DNA of 57,756 bases from an uncultured virus (IMG/VR IMGVR_UViG_3300032331_002637) (taxonomy: Duplodnaviria; Heunggongvirae; Uroviricota; Caudoviricetes): the IMG/VR virus record IMGVR_UViG_3300032331_002637, positions 62,001 to 119,756 of that record; one strand, 5' to 3'. Shown here piece after piece: positions 51,787 through 57,756 of this stretch. Position 1 is the first letter of the stretch. The number at the start of each line of letters is the position of its first letter. Below the pieces are notes generated by a model, which made no database searches, was not told the origin of the DNA, and saw only the letters and a program-made list of their open reading frames with translations. The position numbers and the translations under genes are program-made.

Positions 51787-52656
51787 ATGAAAAGAATTAA
51801 ATCTTTTAAGTTATTCGAATCATATTCTATAGGAATATTTGGAGTTAATGAAGTTGATACTGATGACGAATATATTAATGCTTATGCTTCGGCAAGATCA
51901 GGAATGATCAAATCTAATTTTTATAAGGACTTTAAAAATTGGTTAGTTTATAAAGCTTATGAGAGAATATTAATGGATAATGAAGGAGAATCATATAATG
52001 ATCCCACGTCAATAATAAAATCCGAGGATTCTAAAATACAATCTCTCGTAAAATACCCTATGAATTATTCTGACGACGGATTTGATTACGAAAAATCTAT
52101 TAAGGAAATGGGGGTTACAGATAACATTAATGATGTAATAACTAGATTAGCTAGAGAATTAAAAATATGTGAACCTGCTAAAAATCCAAATCTACCTCAA
52201 GTAAATAAAGCAGTTTCGGTTATTATCGATGGAGACATTAATGAAGTATTAGATAACATATTTTGGCCAGGTAATATGACTAATATTAAAGAATTAAAAT
52301 ATTTAGATCTTTTTGGAGATGAAAGAAGAGAAAATTTTGGGATCAATAATTCACTAAGAGAATCATTAGAGAGAACATGTAATAAATATGCTTCTATGGA
52401 GAGGGATATAAATTCATTGGGTAAAAAATTCATGAATCTTTTAAAAGAGATTGGTGAAAGCCAAATAGAATCTTTAAGAGTATTAGAATTTCCTCAGGTT
52501 GTTACTGAAGCTATAGTGGAATATTTTAGTAAAGCTGAAGATTCATTTAAAGTTGCTGATGAGGTAAGAAAAGGAAGTGAGCATATATACAATAAGATAA
52601 AATCCTTATTACCTAATATTGATACTGCAGCAGATCTAGGAGATCTAGGATTCTAA
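51787..52656 (+). CDS. Hypothetical protein with leader
   Basis: N-terminus MKRIKSFKLFE; C-terminus AADLGDLGF. Confidence 0.6.
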   Translation: MKRIKSFKLFESYSIGIFGVNEVDTDDEYINAYASARSGMIKSNFYKDFKNWLVYKAYERILMDNEGESYNDPTSIIKSEDSKIQSLVKYPMNYSDDGFDYEKSIKEMGVTDNINDVITRLARELKICEPAKNPNLPQVNKAVSVIIDGDINEVLDNIFWPGNMTNIKELKYLDLFGDERRENFGINNSLRESLERTCNKYASMERDINSLGKKFMNLLKEIGESQIESLRVLEFPQVVTEAIVEYFSKAEDSFKVADEVRKGSEHIYNKIKSLLPNIDTAADLGDLGF

Positions 52657-52677
52657 AAAATAAAATAAAATAAAAAT

Positions 52678-53115
52678 ATGACTTTTGGCGAATATAAAGA
52701 AAACGGAATGGAAGGTACAGAAGAAGATTCTCAGCTTCAAGGAATTAAACAATTAGGTTCTTCATTAGATGAGCATTTTGTAAACCTATTGCTTTTCCAA
52801 GCACAACTTAAAATTATGCACTGGGGTACAGAATCTTATTCACAGCATAATGCTTATGGTATGACTTATGATTCTATATCTGATGGATTAGACACATTAG
52901 TAGAATCTTATCAAGGATATCACGGAAGAATAGATTTTGGTAATAGCTGCGAGTTCATAAGCTTCTCTGATGTGGAACCTAATTCATGGTTAAAAACCAT
53001 GATGGAATGTTTAACTACATTAAGAGAAAATGTTAAAGAATCTGATTTACAAAATCTGATAGATGAACTTATAGCAGGTGTTTCTAAATTGATGTATTTA
53101 TTAACTTTGAAGTAA
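52678..53115 (+). CDS. Ferritin/Dps-like four-helix protein (DUF5856-like)
   Basis: LKIMHWGTESYSQHNA...DTLVESYQG...LQNLIDE...YLLTLK. Confidence 0.75.
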   Translation: MTFGEYKENGMEGTEEDSQLQGIKQLGSSLDEHFVNLLLFQAQLKIMHWGTESYSQHNAYGMTYDSISDGLDTLVESYQGYHGRIDFGNSCEFISFSDVEPNSWLKTMMECLTTLRENVKESDLQNLIDELIAGVSKLMYLLTLK

Positions 53116-53129
53116 TCATTTCTTTTAAC

Positions 53130-54050
53130 ATGAGAATAATGAATTTTTCACAATTTTTAAACGAGAACTCAGAAGGCGGATATTCTTCTTTTGAAGCTTT
53201 ACCTAAACCTCTGAAAGATTTTTTTATTGACGGGGTTGGAAAAAACATACTATCTAAAGTAGTCGGACTTAAAAACTTTTCAATAGAACTTCAAGGATCA
53301 GAGATATATTTTGTTATTAACGGTAATAAAATACTAGTTCCGTTTGTTAATTATGTTTATGATCAAGTTGTGCCTAATACTAAATCATTAACAAATGAAC
53401 CAATCATTTATAATTTTTATAACAGTTTAGGAATGGATTTAGATAATTCTAGCTACAGATTCTATAAACATGATATAAATGGTTTATCTAGATTATTCTA
53501 TCCTATATTTACCAAACTTAGAGATATTATAAAAGATGATAGACCACTTCTAAATCCTTTTAATGATATTGATCTAAAAAACAACCGTCTTATACAATTA
53601 TTAGATAAATTAGGTGCTTATATTGATACTAGTGATCAAAGGAAAAAGAAAGGGATTTTAAGATTCTCATTAAAAGATTTTGGTTATGGACTTATCATAC
53701 AACCTAATGGTTATATGAGAATTGATTACGGTGATAAAACACCAATTCTTACAACTAAGATGGAAATAACAGCACCTGCTTATACTGAGGATGATCTCAA
53801 TTTAAAATTATCATATTTAGTTGTTTATCTTATGAAAGATATACTTAAAAAATATAATGTTCCAGTAAAAACTATAAACTTGCTGGCTAAATTCTACGGA
53901 GATAGTGATCTTAACGAATATGATAACCTAATAAAAGAAATATCTTTAAACTATCCAGGAGCAACTTCTCTTCTTCCTGATCCTAACTCGGTACTAAATC
54001 CTAGCGTAAAGAAAGGATCTAGTATGCTAAGAAGATTTGGAGTTATCTAA
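53130..54050 (+). CDS. Hypothetical protein with leader
   Basis: N-terminus MRIMNFSQFLNE. Confidence 0.6.
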   Translation: MRIMNFSQFLNENSEGGYSSFEALPKPLKDFFIDGVGKNILSKVVGLKNFSIELQGSEIYFVINGNKILVPFVNYVYDQVVPNTKSLTNEPIIYNFYNSLGMDLDNSSYRFYKHDINGLSRLFYPIFTKLRDIIKDDRPLLNPFNDIDLKNNRLIQLLDKLGAYIDTSDQRKKKGILRFSLKDFGYGLIIQPNGYMRIDYGDKTPILTTKMEITAPAYTEDDLNLKLSYLVVYLMKDILKKYNVPVKTINLLAKFYGDSDLNEYDNLIKEISLNYPGATSLLPDPNSVLNPSVKKGSSMLRRFGVI

Positions 54051-54055
54051 ATATT

Positions 54056-54084
54056 GAAACTTAATTTCCCTTGTTAAATATAAA
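54056..54084 (+). promoter_or_regulatory. Putative early/middle promoter GAAAC-N18-TATAAA
   Basis: Recurrent motif upstream of 54111. Confidence 0.5.
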
Positions 54085-54110
54085 GTTAAACCAATAATCT
54101 TTATATTATT

Positions 54111-54467
54111 ATGTCATTCCACAAAAGATTTTATACTTGGGAGAGAATAAAAGATAAAACTAGCTCCAATTTTAACGAATTTGATATGTGGCTTTATAAG
54201 CCGGATGCACATATTCTGCAAGACACTGAATCCTCCGATTTTTTTGGTGCCTATTTTGCTTTACCTAACGATTTAAAAGAGAATCTTTATGAATCTTTGA
54301 AAGTTGAAGAGGAAAGTTTCCTTAAAGATCTTATTAAATGTATTAAAGTTGTACATGAGAATAAGAACGGTGAAAATCACGACGAAGCAATACAAAATTA
54401 TAGGTCTTTATTCGTATCTAAGTGGGATACTAAGGCATTGAAATACCAAAATCTAATAGAAAAATAA
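54111..54467 (+). CDS. Hypothetical protein
   Basis: 118-aa ORF downstream of the promoter motif. Confidence 0.55.
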   Translation: MSFHKRFYTWERIKDKTSSNFNEFDMWLYKPDAHILQDTESSDFFGAYFALPNDLKENLYESLKVEEESFLKDLIKCIKVVHENKNGENHDEAIQNYRSLFVSKWDTKALKYQNLIEK

Positions 54468-54468
54468 A

Positions 54469-54741
54469 ATGGATAATAATCAAGTAAAAGTTGATCTGAC
54501 AGAAACACCTTGGATTAAGTGTGAAGATGGAAATATGATGTGGGAAACATCTATGCTATTTAAAAGGATATCACCTCTTCTGAGTCCTTCAGGAAAAGAA
54601 GAGCTTGTTCCCGCAGAACTTGTCACGTGTAAAAAATGCGGAAAGGTTCCTAGATTCTTTTTTGATATGGCTAAAGGCATTCCAGACGAACTAAAATCAA
54701 CATGTCATCTTAAATCATCTCTTAATGCTTCGGTATATTAA
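54469..54741 (+). CDS. Small putative Zn-ribbon protein
   Basis: IKCEDG...KRISPLLSPSGKEELVP...TCKKCG. Confidence 0.6.
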   Translation: MDNNQVKVDLTETPWIKCEDGNMMWETSMLFKRISPLLSPSGKEELVPAELVTCKKCGKVPRFFFDMAKGIPDELKSTCHLKSSLNASVY

Positions 54742-54784
54742 AGAATAATTTAGGAAATCATTTTTTTAATCTAGACTTTTCTAT

Positions 54785-54792
54785 TATCTTTG
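54785..54792 (+). promoter_or_regulatory. Bacteroidota-type -7 promoter element TAnnTTTG
   Basis: TATCTTTG in the intergenic gap, 22 nt before ATG 54815. Confidence 0.45.
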
Positions 54793-54814
54793 TTTAAATT
54801 CTAAAACTAAAGAA

Positions 54815-55132
54815 ATGGAAAAAGCACAGATTAAATCGAAAATTTCGGAGATTATTTTAAAAGGCGGGAAGGTATTATTATTCCTCTTTATCTTTACCCT
54901 TGGTTACGTTGTTTGCGATATTTACCATAGAGCTAAAAAAGAGCCAGGCGTAACTTCAGTAGCAAAGGTAACTAAAACGATTGGGAAAGTGTCCGTTGCT
55001 ATTAATGAAAGGAATGAATTAATGATCATAGATCGAACTAACGGAAATTATGAGATCTATCAGGATTCTGTTGGAAGGTGTATATTTAATCTTTATGCCA
55101 ATAGCATCCAGTCTAAATACGAAGGGCAATGA
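54815..55132 (+). CDS. Single-pass membrane protein
   Basis: Hydrophobic VLLFLFIFTLGYVVC; ATGA overlap with the SLT gene. Confidence 0.6.
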   Translation: MEKAQIKSKISEIILKGGKVLLFLFIFTLGYVVCDIYHRAKKEPGVTSVAKVTKTIGKVSVAINERNELMIIDRTNGNYEIYQDSVGRCIFNLYANSIQSKYEGQ

Positions 55133-55656
55133 AATCCGCAGCTTTAATTATTAAGCTTGGTATATTTGGCATTTTAACTGTGCCATTTAGGCTTTATTTC
55201 GAGCCTAGCGAGACTAAATATGAAAAGCAAGAGGTAAACATGGGGAGCGTCGATATCGACGCTCCTACACCTCTTAAAATGTTTAATGCCATAGAGAAAT
55301 ATTCTGCTATTTATAAGATACCTCTTAAATATGCACTAGGTGTAGCTTATGCAGAAACTAGATACTCCGGTCCTTTTCATTGGAAATATAATCCCCAACA
55401 AACATCATGTGCAGGAGCACTTGGTCCTATGCAAATAATGCCGAGTACTGCAAATTCAATATGGAATAAGAACATACCGAGATCAGAATTAATCTCTGAT
55501 ATAGATCTAAATGTCGAGACCTCTATGAAGCTTCTAAGAAAGCTTTATGATAGGTATAGAAATTGGAAGATTGTATTCGGGTGTTATAATACAGGAAGGC
55601 CTTGTGTTAATGATTACGCAGAAAGAGTTTATAATTTTAATCCAAATATAAGATGA
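55129..55656 (+). CDS. Lytic transglycosylase (SLT) with N-terminal hydrophobic anchor
   Basis: AYAETRY (catalytic Glu), GALGPMQIMPSTA, NVETS, YNTG. Confidence 0.85.
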   Translation: MKSAALIIKLGIFGILTVPFRLYFEPSETKYEKQEVNMGSVDIDAPTPLKMFNAIEKYSAIYKIPLKYALGVAYAETRYSGPFHWKYNPQQTSCAGALGPMQIMPSTANSIWNKNIPRSELISDIDLNVETSMKLLRKLYDRYRNWKIVFGCYNTGRPCVNDYAERVYNFNPNIR

Positions 55657-56348
55657 TCTATTGCTCAATTGATTTAGAGACAACTGGACTTAAACCAGAA
55701 AGCCACCATATATTAACTTTCTCTGGTATATTAGAAGATACTTCTAAAGTTCTTCCTTTTGAAGAAATACCTAAATTTAATATCTACATATTAAGAGATG
55801 ATATAACAGGAAGTCCTTTTGCAATAAATATGAATTCAGAAATCATAGAACGTATTGCAACATATCTTAATACTAGGGATACAGATGCTAGAATGATACA
55901 ACGTCAAATAGTTGATGGCGTATTTCTTTATGAGTATGAGGTTACTTTCTATTTTTATTTATGGTGCTTAGTACACCAAGAAGAGAGATCTGATTTAGAA
56001 CATCTTTTACATTCAGAAGAATGGGGATCTAGAAAGAACCCTTTAATATCAGTGATCTCCGAAATTAGATACACAAATTCTAAAATAGGATGCAATGCAG
56101 CAGGAAAGAATTTCTCTAGCTTCGATAAAAGATTCCTAGATAAGATTGATAAGCTATATGACTTTGTTTATTTTAGACAAAGAGTATTGGATCCTAGCGC
56201 TCTTTATATAGATTGGGATAATGATAAGACATCACCAGATCTTAGCACATGTAAGAGAAGAGCTGGTCTAGATGATTTTGTCTCCCACGATTCTATTGAT
56301 GATGCTTGGGACGTTGTTGAATTATTTAGAAAACACTATAAGAAATGA
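55653..56348 (+). CDS. DEDDh (DnaQ-like) 3'-5' exonuclease
   Basis: IDLETTGL, GKNFSSFD, LDPS, HDSIDDAWD. Confidence 0.85.
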   Translation: MIYCSIDLETTGLKPESHHILTFSGILEDTSKVLPFEEIPKFNIYILRDDITGSPFAINMNSEIIERIATYLNTRDTDARMIQRQIVDGVFLYEYEVTFYFYLWCLVHQEERSDLEHLLHSEEWGSRKNPLISVISEIRYTNSKIGCNAAGKNFSSFDKRFLDKIDKLYDFVYFRQRVLDPSALYIDWDNDKTSPDLSTCKRRAGLDDFVSHDSIDDAWDVVELFRKHYKK

Positions 56349-56372
56349 AAAAGACAGCAGTAGAATTTTTAG
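56337..56372 (+). repeat. 36-bp direct repeat (copy 1) spanning a gene start
   Basis: tataagaaatgaaaaagacagcagtagaatttttag; copy 2 at 57040-57075 differs by one base. Confidence 0.85.
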
Positions 56373-56587
56373 CTAGTGTGCTATCTCAATCAGGACCAAT
56401 AACTAAAGATGACTTTGATAGTTTAGTTAAACAAGCCAGAGCAATGGAGAAGGAGCAGATTATTGATGCATTTGAAGCAGCAGAAAAAGATTGTGGTAGA
56501 GATTTCCTACATGGAGATTTATACTACAACGAAATCTTCAAATTAAAGAAAAAATCCTATCAGGATAATATGAAACAAATAATATAA
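56345..56587 (+). CDS. Small hypothetical protein (MKKTAVEFL type)
   Basis: MKKTAVEFL...QARAMEKEQIIDAF...YYNEIF. Confidence 0.65.
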   Translation: MKKTAVEFLASVLSQSGPITKDDFDSLVKQARAMEKEQIIDAFEAAEKDCGRDFLHGDLYYNEIFKLKKKSYQDNMKQII

Positions 56588-56605
56588 ACAAATAAAAAAA
56601 AACAA

Positions 56606-57016
56606 ATGAGTAAAGAATTAGTAAAGGTTGGTGATAAGGTAATTGCTGACGATACATTCATAAATTTGAGTGGATTCATTGATGGTGAAGTAATTGAGGT
56701 TACACCATATAAAAATGTAATTACAATGACTAACGAACCCAAGTATGAAGATAATAGGTTAGGGGTGAAAATATTAGGTAAATTCAAGAGGAGAGATTTT
56801 TTAACCGACGTGGAATATGAAGAGACTCGTAGAATTTCTTCTTGTGATTTTATGGTAAATCCTACATACGATGTTAATACTACTTGGGGAAAGTTTCACG
56901 GATATGCTAAAGCATTATTTTTCACATCGCAGGAAATTAAAGATGATTTTAATGAATCACTTAGAATTAAAAATATGAATTACCATTTGAATTCTGCCAA
57001 AAATTTGGAGATTTAA
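56606..57016 (+). CDS. Hypothetical protein
   Basis: 136 aa; N-terminal VKVGDKV...GEVIEV SH3-like pattern. Confidence 0.55.
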   Translation: MSKELVKVGDKVIADDTFINLSGFIDGEVIEVTPYKNVITMTNEPKYEDNRLGVKILGKFKRRDFLTDVEYEETRRISSCDFMVNPTYDVNTTWGKFHGYAKALFFTSQEIKDDFNESLRIKNMNYHLNSAKNLEI

Positions 57017-57039
57017 AAATATTTTTCGTATATTAAATG

Positions 57040-57075
57040 TATAAGAAATGAAAAAGACAGCATTAGAATTTTTAG
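57040..57075 (+). repeat. 36-bp direct repeat (copy 2)
   Basis: tataagaaatgaaaaagacagcattagaatttttag. Confidence 0.85.
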
Positions 57076-57215
57076 AAAGTATTGATGTTGAGAAGTTGGC
57101 TGAAGAATTTGCTAAGAATCATTCAATATATCCAACAGCACAAGATGATACTGAGTATGGTTTTAAACACGGATTCCAAAAAGCAATTGAACTAATTAAA
57201 CAACAAGAACAATAG
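57048..57215 (+). CDS. Small hypothetical protein (55 aa); not in the ORF track
   Basis: MKKTALEFLESIDVEKLAEEFAKNHSIYPTAQDDTEYGFKHGFQKAIELIKQQEQ. Confidence 0.6.
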   Translation: MKKTALEFLESIDVEKLAEEFAKNHSIYPTAQDDTEYGFKHGFQKAIELIKQQEQ

Positions 57216-57259
57216 TAACAATTAAAACAAAATAAAATAATACAGACTATCAAGAAATT

Positions 57260-57553
57260 ATGGACAAGACGGGTGTTTATGAGATTAAAGACCATCTTTA
57301 TGCAATGAAAGCAGGTTATAAGTGCTCACGATTGAGCAACTCTTTAAGAGAGAATGTTGCTGAGTTGAAATGGAATAGGAATGCAGGGGCTCAAATGTTA
57401 GTAGGTGAACTTCTTGAAGCAATTGATGATAATGATACCATTGCATCAACTGATAAGATAGACCACTTATTACATATGGTTCTTGCTGACAAAATAATTA
57501 ATAGAACTCCTAATACATTCAAGCAACTGTGGAGTTCAGAGAATGAGGATTAA
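57260..57553 (+). CDS. Hypothetical protein
   Basis: 97-aa ORF. Confidence 0.55.
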   Translation: MDKTGVYEIKDHLYAMKAGYKCSRLSNSLRENVAELKWNRNAGAQMLVGELLEAIDDNDTIASTDKIDHLLHMVLADKIINRTPNTFKQLWSSENED

Positions 57554-57571
57554 CCTTTAACAACAAGAACA

Positions 57572-57756
57572 ATGAATATAAAACAAAGTGAAATTTTAGA
57601 TGATTATCAAGTTGGTGATGTCTGCATATTTAGAAAGGTAGAAGAAGGACACCCAAGAGTATTTACAACTCATAAAGTTGATATGGATTATGGTGTTGTT
57701 TATTACTACAAACTTGATGGTGTTGAAGAAAGCATCGGCACAAGTTACATAAACAA
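57572..57756 (+). CDS. Hypothetical protein, 3'-truncated
   Basis: MNIKQSEILDDYQVGDVCIFRK... open to the end of the window. Confidence 0.5.
   Translation, partial: MNIKQSEILDDYQVGDVCIFRKVEEGHPRVFTTHKVDMDYGVVYYYKLDGVEESIGTSYIN

Overview
An AT-rich, gene-dense, almost entirely + strand segment of a large T4-like (myovirus-type, probably jumbo) phage genome in the standard genetic code. The host is probably a member of Bacteroidota (inference from the DUF4494-like and Hc1-like genes, TAnnTTTG elements and A-rich starts without Shine-Dalgarno sites). Content: (i) tail, baseplate and fibre genes; (ii) a T4-like replication and recombination set: RuvC-like resolvase, gp32, primase, UvsY, UvsW, gp45 clamp, a two-gene topoisomerase II and a family B DNA polymerase split into two genes about 18 kb apart; (iii) nucleotide metabolism (NrdA, NrdB, dimeric dUTPase-like, adenylate kinase); (iv) accessory genes (UvsE, DnaJ, GT2-TPR glycosyltransferase, ferritin-like, SLT, DEDDh exonuclease). 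The strongest unexplained signal is an N-terminal leader, M-K/R-x(1-5)-F/Y-x-E/D-F-(I/L/V)-N-E, on about 17 otherwise unrelated proteins. It resembles the T4 internal-protein capsid-targeting sequence, and most of these genes sit behind a GATATATA/AATATATA putative late promoter. The set includes two paralogous AAA+ ATPase / HExxH metallopeptidase / vWA triads, an adenylate kinase, a winged-helix protein and an L,D-transpeptidase-like enzyme, which suggests a large head-packaged protein payload delivered into the host. A second promoter class (GAAAC-N16-18-TA[T/A]AA) precedes replication genes. No tRNA, rRNA or CRISPR array was seen. All family assignments come from motif recognition by eye, not database searches.
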